A stretch of DNA of 64,000 nt, from contig CM097882.1 in NCBI GenBank assembly GCA_044892505.1, forward strand, positions 75,082,001-75,146,000, written 5' to 3'. Below are positions 39,801 through 47,763 of this stretch, one piece after another (position 1 is the first letter of the stretch; the number at the start of each line of letters is the position of its first letter). The notes under the pieces were generated by a model. That model had not been told where the DNA came from, made no database searches, and saw nothing but the letters and a program-made list of their open reading frames with translations. Origin of the DNA: Schmidtea nova. Lineage: Eukaryota. Both the position numbers and the translations under genes were made by a program.

Positions 39801-40328
39801 GTACATTCAGTTACAGGAGAAACACCTTTTTATCTAATGTACTTAAGGCATAGCAAGATGCCAGTGGATCTCATATTTTATCCAAAGGCTTCGCAAAATT
39901 GTGACGAAGGGAATTATTTATTTGAAATGAGAGAGAGAATGCAGGAAGCTTGGGAGAAAGCAGGCTTAAAAATTCGTTATAACCAGGAAACTATGAAAGA
40001 ATACCATGACCGTAAAGCAAAGGAGCATGGATTCTTAGTAGGAGATTATGTCATGTTAGAGGGACATTATAATAAAAAGGGTTTGTCCCCGAAACTTATG
40101 AGGAATTACAAAGGGCCAGATCAAATATTAAAGGCCACAGAGACAAATTTGATTTTACAATCAGTAGCGAACAAGAAAGCAGAACCAATCATGGTTCATG
40201 CAAACAGATGCAAAAAGATAGCTCCACCGGAAAAAGAAAAGCCAAAATCAGAAATAGATGAATTCGAAATAGATAAGAAATCAAAAAAGAAAACTTTGGA
40301 ATCATATAAAAGTATCCTAAAGGGTTAA
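30810..40328 (+). CDS. 3172-aa polyprotein: Gag-4xCCHC-2x(helical+Ubl)-AT-hook-Bcl-2-like-signal anchor-chuvirus-type glycoprotein-TM-PR-dUTPase-like-RT-RNase H-IN
   Basis: Uninterrupted ORF. Knuckles 31461-31853; Ubl 32718-32930 and 33246-33458; RRGRPRK 33789-33809; Bcl-2-like 33867-34280; signal 34374-34424; glycoprotein 34425-36215; IIDSGS (D at 36858); YIDD (38103); TDACTRG and YTDHRPL; integrase HHCC and D-D(35)-D. Confidence 0.95.
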   Translation: MADINNLQNDNNLQNNVNNNNVPVAQPPAVDFMRYPTIPIKPFSGNPGEFPEFMSEYFQLARALGFPEPVMILRLPLYLKGMAREIYNDVIIAEHPAEWNVLRLALQNRILPGDATRVLRQQFYNRRQNLGEHVGEFSYQILMLAERAFGDRAAWNEATRALVKDQFWSGLSSAMRNALSLHIGDNLEELTRKACLIESSIEKLNNFAISTNKSDIECFNCHKKGHISKDCRSRNNPIGEKSCTKCGRNNHVAANCRFSDLSCEKCKRKGHVASVCKVRFGETTSSNNFNNNRNRSPDRNFQNNNNNKNFQNKSNNFSNNNIKRDEVNSGGKIKCHTCGKFGHIMRSCPQNQLSNNNNSNNNNSNSRPKQTTFTVNSDHKLTYLQQLELEIQEERNRLARLTTNEIDEYGEDEAEVYMLSARKGRNKDNNKQSKLSNDIVAELEVLMLQESPQEDQEEKAMVVEPEACEGLPVSPRKNRVAMVTEPEANREIEGLPVSPSKNRKAMDIDPVANRGYPKEVLEKRWASVSEPEVLITTSSLRNDGGSKPIKVREASKEEGNPIDDCKMLLRHRNVWQREIEQRLENIRLNPINENEVDKIMDIILELNRNDEYHPVLREILRSIGLSWKQKGDLEDSIVFVVLPRGCFCRYTINPREKVEALAKKVAEVKPRLKCELYLLGERLLEGEALLDCGIIPGKQMIVKAKFHKETVTIVDSDNVLTITEMEIEQLNQISAVPQRLGTELMQNPRDGETIKMIMDWILELRIPVDTLREVMPLVVPLLKETSPFQTQAKMLVIKNGHAIRHQDNRQGPVMLDIRIPRRGHLIQQFSCFHKVKKLRKRVATIVKESFIIMIHGCQVDDDEYLVDVGCFPQEETIVLILLVELPEDQWATLRLPDDAELEKDEIPPEQQQAGEDTRLQAGETVDLDAEIDKYLREFDNTEDQLIEIMPSLEDESIRLNQKETNIGASTSQGIGPSRDRMSPKLVVNRRKKERRGRPRKSQMNPPPRELLRPTTIQSVNRQALAGIASQIDKGTRDFSAKTETWRRLNQILRLMKPEWQIKKDKAINVEKITNKIKQAMNKIPGSTTEQELFEVAGQFMQEGLTKGKMITILALMFKNTVIILKDDPSGIQVALDRLTDIIEVNFETWMTEHKFWETKETKGKYEINEELLTEHIPSNSRGTGGFTNWMMMLLVMMGILRQTNSLTAYDCSEPILARIYSLVDTVECKEAYPDKVAKREDAEYHVYQQTEFYRTRVRECRIQRATFEYYCGSHSYTAFLGAKLIPVPLIIPPEDCINAFRSKNVKIDDEVTITAEEGKKLGITITRGGPIADDGSCTGRKKLRGSNIVSYVVTVEDYTVELIEYEGTFEVSTGKMMSHPECNVKFGYCKTSTAVLTYQSMREFCDLGYLKKVVFSRLDGKSFAAQESHQSGWGDKINHKTKKEKVPEKSTAVVLVAKDPTDAIRLVRKKQITKCGVPIFETNYKGIFLAYKYVPAAETLHLSDIKIAKYINNKIDFLYHDLQKQLLDVYQEVILNDCRLNREIIRNRLATSISNPDLVMPMLTEEGTFGRILGEAIYSYQCKAVEVEITKYDQCTLELPVKYKGKLRFMIPVSHQLMGEEATPLKTICNPAMSPLYKINNIWISLPDRKPPSKPVEVLQATKLENKMEFRPLNEMSKGGVYTQEDIEEARRAIVFPQIRDRGVTEIITRIYQSYDGKPDYNLLFGPEHYKQAASNVIRRIWGRFTSFGIFVAGCSGIYAIVMILKIIISQLFSTYSIFKIGGWSWKLLLGMCPLCADFAVFHHHNKEIKKMKRQNETKHEIIKYEYSHRDDDNSDEGGNLEGDKTSYNTSTKPDNKKPNFQNFETSTFQQYPVKTKRRKQQEWPVKYVSPYETRRKIIPEKVEEEMLRRFDFRTNAGISAPPIHSEYHMNFETMPPLGTSILETVPKYPFSTLERLKENYQDEIKSEDDRDSENQQKFRDNIRGISTVFMVNSSKKTHKPTIKLKVNRHTVHAIIDSGSDVTLVEANLLNEKELQAIIQTLTITSGANGQPINVIGTLDCELRLCDQKFRHDIKVTRQCMAECIVGMDILKKLKDIVFDCATGELVKMTGRKRKTYSVDVVFLDRSVKIPPRTETVCFVATHQEVEGDVIFEPSEQFMNRYKTPMVQNLATVRGGRIPIRLTNLANKSLRLYPETRVGKVIQLSNPRKESESTLSVSEEERDPDIEYYDAPSCDSKTLTRKENIRVNQLLRRYDQVFAKHEYDLGQVNILEHEIKLTESKPIKIRPYRIPQSIQGSVDKQIKLMQKYNIIRPSKSPYSSPLVVVAKRDGSVRLCNDYRKLNEQTVSDNHPLPLLDYIYDKMKNSKLFTVMDAQKGFYQIKMSEDSIPMTGFSTSSDHFEYLVMPFGLKGAPPTFQRAMNIMLMDAHHAMVYIDDIIIFSEDLDKHLEHLEDIFKRLIMANLKVKPSKCKWAESEVIYVGHVISHDCVRPDPANTDKVKNFPQPVNVKQIKGFLGLTGYYRKFIRNFSAIAFPLTTLEKKGVKFLWGEDQQQAFDKLKDALCKPPILRFPDFKRQFMVMTDACTRGIGAVLGQKDEIGDEYAVAYASRGLKPHEKSYAVIELEALALVFAVEKFSHYLWGRKVIFYTDHRPLQWLLKHRDEASKLVRWALRLQPYNIEIVYRKGKANGNADALSRMEQEPEVEDVKEGRLEGTIFMLTREANTITDLVEAQKSDDEINMIRQAIEAKAIPSEFQKYWEKHKDKFILEEGLIKYAETRDNVILVPKKYRESLLLQYHDGALGGHLSARHTLSRLKTKYFWPDMKEDVKKWCQTCKICMTRRNTGKKPHVPLKPMPVPSSPMEMTAMDVLGPFKESMMGNKFILVFCDYLTKWPEAFPIPNHKADTIARIFVEQIVFRYRVPSKLLTDRGKDFMSNLLKSINDYFGILKLNTSPYHPQTDGLVDRFNGTLANMLSSYVNSGQTDWDVHIPSCLFAYRNAVHSVTGETPFYLMYLRHSKMPVDLIFYPKASQNCDEGNYLFEMRERMQEAWEKAGLKIRYNQETMKEYHDRKAKEHGFLVGDYVMLEGHYNKKGLSPKLMRNYKGPDQILKATETNLILQSVANKKAEPIMVHANRCKKIAPPEKEKPKSEIDEFEIDKKSKKKTLESYKSILKG

Positions 40329-41318
40329 CCAGAACGATACCCTTTACGATCTAGACAAATTCCCAAAACGGTTACATTTTTAACTGTAATCAGTTGTGTT
40401 ATGATGTTGGGTCAAGCATTTGAGAAGTTTGTACCAAAGTCAAGTCAACATCCTGATATCGAATATCATCGAACGGATAGGGCATTCAGATTTTATTTAA
40501 AAAATATAGAATGGCATCGTTACGATTTATATTTGACAACCCCTGAGAAAGGAATATCTTTTCACTTAAACAAATGGGATAGAGTGAAAGAAATTGGAGG
40601 ACTAATGCCAAACACCGGATATCTTTTAGAAATAAAGACATTCTTTGCGGATCCAGACGTTTTTGCAGACGGAGGAAACTGTGATGACAAAGCGGGATGG
40701 ATTTTGAAAACAGCAATATTCACGGAAAAAGTAGAGATTTCTTATCAGGAACAAACGGTAAAATTCACGCATGAATACTGGATGAAAAATAACAGAATTT
40801 TGCTTATATATATATTAGAAAATATGAAAAGAGTTAAAAGATTGGTACTCAACCAATCATATCAAGTTCGGAAATGGACAATACAACCAAAAATGAATAC
40901 AAAAGCCAATATAACATACTTGGAGTTTTCGGAGACGGGGAAAATTGGTTGGTACACAGTACATCATGAACTAGTAGATCTGGTACCACGTGAATGGAAC
41001 AAACCAACTAGCAAGAAAGGGAGAGCTAGATTAGTGAATATTCCTGGGTGTAAAGGAATAAGCGAAACAGATTTGAGAAACCTAAGAAAGGTAGTGAGTG
41101 AAATGCAACCTCGCGTAAATAAACTTCTAACTAATTGCAGTTGCCAAAGAGAAACTAAGGGGATATTACAAGTTAAAATGCCAAATTGGCTATTTGTAGT
41201 TATAATAGGGGGAGTAACCAGTATGGTTTTAGCATTAGTTATAGCAACCCTTTGGATGTTTCGTTTAACTTTAAGGGACAAGCGATATTGGGAAAACTAT
41301 TATGAAACTGAGGTGTAA
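40329..41318 (+). CDS. ORF2: type I membrane glycoprotein with FN3-like ectodomain, in frame with pol after a single TAA (track start 40401)
   Basis: Signal-like VTFLTVISCVMMLGQA; IGGLMPNTGYLLEIKTF (FN3 GLxPxTxY motif); sequons NQS, NIT, NCS; TM WLFVVIIGGVTSMVLALVIATLWMF; tail ends YYETEV. Confidence 0.75.
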   Translation, partial: PERYPLRSRQIPKTVTFLTVISCVMMLGQAFEKFVPKSSQHPDIEYHRTDRAFRFYLKNIEWHRYDLYLTTPEKGISFHLNKWDRVKEIGGLMPNTGYLLEIKTFFADPDVFADGGNCDDKAGWILKTAIFTEKVEISYQEQTVKFTHEYWMKNNRILLIYILENMKRVKRLVLNQSYQVRKWTIQPKMNTKANITYLEFSETGKIGWYTVHHELVDLVPREWNKPTSKKGRARLVNIPGCKGISETDLRNLRKVVSEMQPRVNKLLTNCSCQRETKGILQVKMPNWLFVVIIGGVTSMVLALVIATLWMFRLTLRDKRYWENYYETEV

Positions 41319-41529
41319 GGGGAAAGTCTCACCAGAGAATAGGTAGTGTAAATATATATATATATAAATATTTATTTGATATTAGTATTTATAATTATGT
41401 AGATAAATAATGTGGGCTCAAAGGAGCAACTGTAAAATCAAACATCAGCGTATGTTGACTGGGTTTACCCTGGGAGGGTCTATCACGAAAGTGATAAAAG
41501 CTGTTAATTATTTTATTTTTAGATAAAAT

Positions 41530-42834
41530 ATGAACCTTAACGAAGAATCAAGAGTCCAGACAAAATCAAACAGAACACACCCAATGATTTCCTACAGTTC
41601 CCAAATGAAAAGCAATATAGAGGTATACAGTACATACAAAGAGGAGTATGTCTACAGGTTCATAGGAACCACGGTGGCGGCAAAGATGAACCATCTTACG
41701 TCAAATTATTGGTATTATCCAAGGAGAGTGGATATCCCAAACGATTACAAATTCCCTGGTGGACCCCAAAGGCAAATGATGGTGACGGTTGTAAACAACC
41801 AAGGAAGAATCAAAATAGCAGATTTATGTAGAGAGTATGGCTCATGTCCAAAGATAGAGAATATATGGCTCCATGCGATTAATCGAGCGATTACCGTGTT
41901 TATGGCTGGGATGGAACTACCAGTGGAACTAGGCAAGCATTGCACATTGGAGGTGTATCATGCCGATGGTAGGGAACGTAATATAATGTTACAAGCATCC
42001 GCAGCAAATACTATTATCGCGGTGGAAATATTGGATTTTAAGAAACCTTACCAGTTTGTGAATCGGAATGAGCCTACATGGATTTACAACGTTAACGAAG
42101 AAGATCTCCAGCAAAGTAGATCGTTCGTAAGAAGGAACATGACAAAAGAAGAAGAAGACGAAGCCACAGTTTTTGTATCAGCCGGATTTGCCAAGTCGAG
42201 GATAAATTTGAAAGAAACACTTATCCAGATAGCAATCCTGGATATAAGAGGAAATAATTTATTAAGTGCGGTAGTAACTCCCAAGGATCCAGTTAAGCAC
42301 TACCAGACGCACCAATATAAATTAAAAGAACAAGAAATCCGTGGAAATTTCGACGAGGATGATTGCCACCATTTAATACGAAAGATTTGCGACAAGAAAA
42401 TAGTTGTGGGCATTCTAGTAAAGGATTTACTCAAGGTAGCCAATCTACCAGTGCAGAGACTATTAGGCATCCGTGATTTATCTGCGAATAAATTATTAGA
42501 ATCCCGGGGAGTCCCTAAGATTCATGGGTATTATAGATTGGGATTTCTGACGAAGACATTTCTGCGTACAGTGCCGGGAGAACCAAGAAATTTGGTGGTT
42601 ACCAATGAGGCATTAGCAATTAGGGCTATATATCTACATATTAGAAATGAATGGCTAGACCATATTAGTGTGCCTCAGGTAGAAATTAGGACAACAACTA
42701 CGGTAGAGATAGTTGAACAGGAAGCTTTACAAAAGCAGACGTTACCCGAATTGCCATCTACATCGAAGCAACCCCATTTAAAGAGAAGGGAGAACATACC
42801 AGAAGATCTTCCACCACCCCAATTATATCGATAG
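41530..42834 (+). CDS. ORF3 (434 aa): unknown N-terminal half plus REX4/ISG20-like DEDDh exonuclease fold lacking catalytic acids
   Basis: 42163-42654 aligns by eye to REX4-family motifs: IAILDIRGNNLLSAVVTPKDPVKHYQT, KIVVG..DLLKV, IRDLS, EALAIRAIY..W. Confidence 0.75.
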   Translation: MNLNEESRVQTKSNRTHPMISYSSQMKSNIEVYSTYKEEYVYRFIGTTVAAKMNHLTSNYWYYPRRVDIPNDYKFPGGPQRQMMVTVVNNQGRIKIADLCREYGSCPKIENIWLHAINRAITVFMAGMELPVELGKHCTLEVYHADGRERNIMLQASAANTIIAVEILDFKKPYQFVNRNEPTWIYNVNEEDLQQSRSFVRRNMTKEEEDEATVFVSAGFAKSRINLKETLIQIAILDIRGNNLLSAVVTPKDPVKHYQTHQYKLKEQEIRGNFDEDDCHHLIRKICDKKIVVGILVKDLLKVANLPVQRLLGIRDLSANKLLESRGVPKIHGYYRLGFLTKTFLRTVPGEPRNLVVTNEALAIRAIYLHIRNEWLDHISVPQVEIRTTTTVEIVEQEALQKQTLPELPSTSKQPHLKRRENIPEDLPPPQLYR

Positions 42835-42965
42835 GTGAAGAAGATGAATATGAAACATGTACCAGCGAAGCAGAACAACTGCAACCATCTACCAGCGCTG
42901 CCTATCAGCGAAAGGGTGAGGCAAAAATCACGCCTAGTAAAGACAAACGGGAGACAGGCAAAGTC

Positions 42966-43598
42966 GTGGGAATCCTTAAGAAGATCATACCGGTAAAAAG
43001 AGACAAATCAAAGATGAAGTTGAAAAAGATAGTCAAACAACCAATCGAGAAGAATAAAGAATTACCCCAAAAGGAAAAAGAGAAAACAATAGCCGCTAAG
43101 AAAGTTTTTGCCGAAGGTGATGAGGATATAATGGAAGTCGATTTCCAACCTCCAATAAAGGAATTACAGGAGGAAATAAGGGTAAAGACAGAACCCGAAG
43201 TCCGGCAAAAGATGTTAAAAATCGCCAAAGAAAATATCATAAAGAAGCCTGTGTCAGTGGATGTTGATGGATTTGAACCAATGTGGTATAAACGCCCAGA
43301 CCCTTTATGGAAACCTAGAGCCAAAGACTATGACTGCCAAGCAGTCACAAGAATGGCCATAAATAACAACGAAAGATACGATGTATATGATGTGGATGGA
43401 ATACCTTATGTGGCATCATCGCTTATATTAACAAGCGCATTAGATGATAAAGTTATGGCAGTAAGCTTTGAGTTAGACACTCTTAAGAAAAGAAAACAAA
43501 TACTAAAAAGGCAGTACGCAATTGCTAACGGTTATAGCACAACAGAGGTACATCTGTACAAAGTTCCCGAGCCAGATCCCGATGACCTGGATGTCTAA
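42966..43598 (+). CDS. ORF4, orphan basic/acidic protein (first ATG 43014; frame open from 42717)
   Basis: Intact 210-codon frame inside the LTRs; no recognisable domain. Confidence 0.55.
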   Translation: MGILKKIIPVKRDKSKMKLKKIVKQPIEKNKELPQKEKEKTIAAKKVFAEGDEDIMEVDFQPPIKELQEEIRVKTEPEVRQKMLKIAKENIIKKPVSVDVDGFEPMWYKRPDPLWKPRAKDYDCQAVTRMAINNNERYDVYDVDGIPYVASSLILTSALDDKVMAVSFELDTLKKRKQILKRQYAIANGYSTTEVHLYKVPEPDPDDLDV

Positions 43599-43867
43599 TC
43601 AACACAAGTTGCCTATCAACAACGTCGCAAAGCAAGTAGTGTAGCTATAAAAGACTTGAATTTTTTTTCGTGACTTACCTAACAGTTTATATTTGATCTT
43701 GACTTTTAAAGTATCCTTTGACGTTTATTATATCCTTGTGGTGTACAAATATAAAAATGACTTTCAATCATTTATTAATTTATTTTATGATTTATTTTTA
43801 TGTGTTATGTAAATGCTGTTTGTGACAAGCAAAGTGTCTTATCTTGTTTTCGAGACGAAAATCTTTT

Positions 43868-43878
43868 AGGGGGTAAGA
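43868..43878 (+). promoter_or_regulatory. Polypurine tract
   Basis: AGGGGGTAAGA just before the 3' LTR. Confidence 0.75.
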
Positions 43879-43880
43879 CT

Positions 43881-44235
43881 TGTTAGGATCAGGCCTTTGG
43901 CCTTAACGTTTTGAGGTTTTAATAATAGTAATAATAAATTACTAAAAATAATTAAAATAAAATAAAAATAATTTAAAAACAATTGTAAAACAAATATAGA
44001 AATAAACATTTACTAAAAATAGAACCAGGCCTTTGTCTGGTAATTGCTAGAACACATTGGACTATAATCGGCAATTATTTATCAACAAAATCGACGTAGG
44101 TCGATTTAATTTTAGTATAAATAATATTGAATTTCAGTTCAGAGGGGACGACGAGACGAATAGAAAAACAACGTGTGAGAGAAAAATAATTAATTTAGAG
44201 TGAACATTGATCGATAACCTACCGCATCGAAAGTT

Positions 44236-44284
<49 letters not shown>

Positions 44285-44890
44285 GGAGAGAACTGTTAAT
44301 ATTTTTGGGAGAAAAAGAAAGAGCAAAGAAACAGAAAGGAGGAAAAGAATAACATTGTTTTGAAAAGAAGTAATTTTTTAAATTGGTCTAAAAACGTTTA
44401 TAAAGTAGAGAGTGAAAGATAAATTTATCTTTTTGGGTTGAAAAATCATTTTAGTTGATATTAATTTTTAAAGCGAATACAAAGTAAAGAAGAATTACTT
44501 TAGTATTCTCTGGGTGCCCCAAAATCATTCCGCTTGCTTATCCACTCTTGTAAAAATATTTCTTAGCGATCGTTGTGTTACTGAGGTGCCAACGATTTCT
44601 TGCAGACTGTCACAAACAGTAGGGATTAATTTAATCCGAGATCTTTATTGTTCTGTACATCGATAAATTTTGTGAATAATTTAATTATTGTTTTGTAAAT
44701 TGGTTAAATAAAATTTGAAAAGAATAGTTAGTTTTCATTTACAGATTTTACCTGTCTTTAAAATACACGCAACCACATTAATTTTGTTATATTTATATTT
44801 ATTCATTTATTTATATATAACAACTTATATAGATATAAAATAGGAGTCAATTTGTGTTAAGATCAGCACCCCCATCTTTTGATCTTGACA
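43881..44890 (+). repeat. 3' LTR (1010 bp)
   Basis: Same as the 5' LTR apart from a (TA)n tract 14 nt longer and one T>C near the end. Confidence 0.97.
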
Positions 44891-45146
44891 CTGGGTTTTT
44901 GTTGTTTTCAATGCTTATATTTGTACAGCTTAGCAAGAGTTAATTGATTTATTTTTTAAACTTTGATATATTCTAATTGCTGATAAAATTACGCAGAGAT
45001 CATTAGCGAAAATCTCGCTACAGATAAAATATATCTTAATAAATGATATGGAAAAAAGTATCCTTTCATGCATTTAATTTTACTGAACATTGGTTAACTG
45101 TATTTTGTTAATTTTACGTAAATTGATTTATTATATGTTTGAATAA

Positions 45147-46908
45147 TAGGATGGCCCTTAAAAATTAAAGTTTGAAATCATCTTCTGGCACCCCTCCAAT
45201 GTATTTCACTTACAGAAATAAAATTATGTACAAAAAATCTTGCGAATTGGACAATATTTAGAGGTGGCCCTCCAGCTTTGAAGTTTTACCAAATCCGTTA
45301 AATTTAAATAAAGTTGTGAAACTTGTTTCGCGTGTTGTATAATATGCTGTATTGTAGCTATGCATGTATTAACAATAACTTATAGAGTTAGACACCTTCT
45401 TACTTATTACAGCATCATCTAATACCGCATCTAATACTGGTCATCGTTCAGGAGCATGTTCTCTGATCGAGCACAAACTAAACAAATATCTTCTATTCCT
45501 GGCCTGTCGTCACCACGTTATGGAGCTAATTGTCGGGGCAGCATTTGATAAGACTTCGATTGGCACTTCAACAGGACCAAACATTCTCATATTCAAGCGG
45601 TTCCACGATCAATGGTCATTCATAGACCGTTACAGCTTTCAGGTTGCTTCATCGGACCCATCTTTTGAGTTACTAGTTGCTCCATATCGTTCTGATATCC
45701 TGAGTTTTGCCAGAACATATTTGCAAGCTGAACAGCCAAGAGATGACTACAGAGAATTCCTTGAGCTTGCAGTCATATTTCTTGGCACTGTTCCTGAACG
45801 TGGAATTCGCTTTCAAATACCTGGCGCAATGCATTGGGCACGATGGATGGCAAAAGTCCTCTATTCCATCAAAATGTGGCTTTTTCGCAGTCAGTTCAAG
45901 ATGACTGCTTCAGAAGAGCGTGGTATTTGTAATGTCGCCATCTTTTCCGTTATCATCCACCTCAAAGCATGGATGACTGCGCCACTGGCTGTTGAAGCAC
46001 CTCTGAATGACTTCAAGCTTATGGGACAACTTCAGCAAGAAACTTGGTCTACATTTGTGGTATCTGTCCGAGGAGCTCATTGGTCTGGCTCTGTTTGACT
46101 CCAGATTATCGCATGACTCAAAGAGACTGATGATTGCCGCGATGGACGAAGAAGCTCCGGATCATCCATCGAAGCGACCCAGCATAAAGTCTGGTGCATT
46201 CCTGGGAAAACACGGTTTGGAGCAGTTCTGTACATCAAACTCCAAGAAACTGTTCCAGTTGCTTGATCTGCCCGAAGCACTGCTCGACAAGGATCCATCA
46301 GACTGGGAACAGGATGAGTCGTACACACGAGTACTAGGCATTGTCAATAGCTTGGCGGTTGTCAACGACAGAGCCGAGCGTGGAGTTGCTCTCATTCAGG
46401 ATTACAACAAAAAATTGACCAAAAATGAAGATCAACTCCAGTTTCTTCTTCAAATTGTGAATGAACACAGGCGACAATTCCCTGACTGTACCAAACGAAT
46501 CCTAGCGAATTGTACTAGTACTGGTGAACAATTGGACACTGCGAAATAATAGTAATACGGATGAACAGTTGGCAGTCTGGCAGAGACATAATTCTTAACC
46601 TTTGCACTTTGCAGTTTGAGTTATTTCTGAATTAGTGATATTACAGTAAACTGAACTTTTACAAGCTGTTGTGTGTGACTGTGCGTGGAATAAATGTGAA
46701 CTAAACAAGAAAACTGTAGCAATTTAACATTGCAAGCTTCAAATAGTGGTACTTACAAAACTTAAACACTCGAGGGCCACCTCTAAATATTGTCCAATCG
46801 TAATGATTTTTTGCACAATTCATTATTTCTATATTTGGCACAGATTGGATTTGGGCCAGACTTGAAATTATGACTTCAATTTTTTGCTATGTGCTAAGGG
46901 CCACCCTA
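45147..46908 (+). mobile_element. Internally deleted hAT-superfamily (hATm-like) DNA transposon
   Basis: TIRs TAGGATGGCCCTTA / TAAGGGCCACCCTA; second inverted pair ATTGGACAATATTTAGAGGTGGCCCTC (about 45247-45273 and 46772-46798); no clean TSD seen. Confidence 0.8.
45421..46549 (+). pseudogene. hATm-like transposase C-terminal portion, frameshifted near 46030
   Basis: TASNTG..GAC, LACRHHVMELI, PGAMHWARWMAK, VVNDRAERGVALIQDYN. Confidence 0.8.
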
Positions 46909-47763
46909 ACGTATGTTTTAATAATATTCAACTAAGTGCAATATCCGCTTTCCACAATTTACACAAGTTTTATTTAAATATAAATTTTATGATACAGCTT
47001 CGCCTAGGATCTGTTTTCTTGTATATATTAATATAAGATTCCTATATATTTCATTGAAAAACAATGACAACATTGATGCCTGTAAGAAAACAACAAACCG
47101 AAACAAATAAATTAATCACAAATCTTGTATACTTATTGTATACTTATTTTTATCACTTGGTAATGCACATCATTGTTATTTCTGGCATCAACGACAATGT
47201 ATAATTAATCATTAAACTTATTTCATACAACGATGATGACGACTTATTTAAATATCGGTACATTAAATAAACGCTTTATGCTTGCCGGAACACAAAATTC
47301 ATCAACTTCAAAAATCTTTAACGTTGGTTGGAAATAATATTACGAGTTGATAAAAGTTGACCCGTAAATTTCAAACAAAAAAACTGCAAATTTCATGATG
47401 CCCAATCTACCATTCGAATTACTGGAAAAAAAGCCTTTTGGTTACCATAGTGATAATTTAAACCAATGCGGAAAGATCTCAATTTTAATTGGTTAATGTT
47501 TTTATCAATTAGAAAATCCGCTGAACATTGTTAGAATAAAAACTAGCAAAAATTAGACATCGACCCGCAATATTGATTATATTTCCAATGAGAAAAACAA
47601 TAACAATATTGATTAAATAAAAAAGGTTAAAATACACTATTAAAACAAATTTTATGAATTATATACTTTAGAAATTTTTTTATTATCGAATCAATAAATA
47701 TTTCCCACTGAGACGAAATAAAAATCGATATTATATATTGCTGTTAAAAGCTATTGAACTCAC

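Larger units (their letters stand above)
29680..44890 (+). mobile_element. 15.2-kb envelope-bearing Ty3/Gypsy LTR retroelement with large accessory cargo, very recent insertion
   Basis: LTRs TG..CA at 29680-30675 and 43881-44890; by eye they differ only by one substitution and (TA)n length. 4-bp TSD CTGG (29676-29679, 44891-44894). PBS, PPT and PR-RT-RH-IN order present. Confidence 0.97.

Noticed and set aside
31081-43324. Many 60-140-aa antisense and alternate-frame ORFs over the large element (also over 4156-8114)
   Set aside because: Shadow ORFs expected from the strong A-rich strand bias; no motifs seen.
44237-44281. 14-bp length difference between the two LTRs as a sign of age
   Set aside because: Entirely (TA)n slippage or assembly noise; it does not indicate divergence time.
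46930-47055. Minus-strand YIG and NCGKRIL fragments as DHDH exon 3
   Set aside because: Different frames, intervening stops, no CEKP motif and no clear acceptor.
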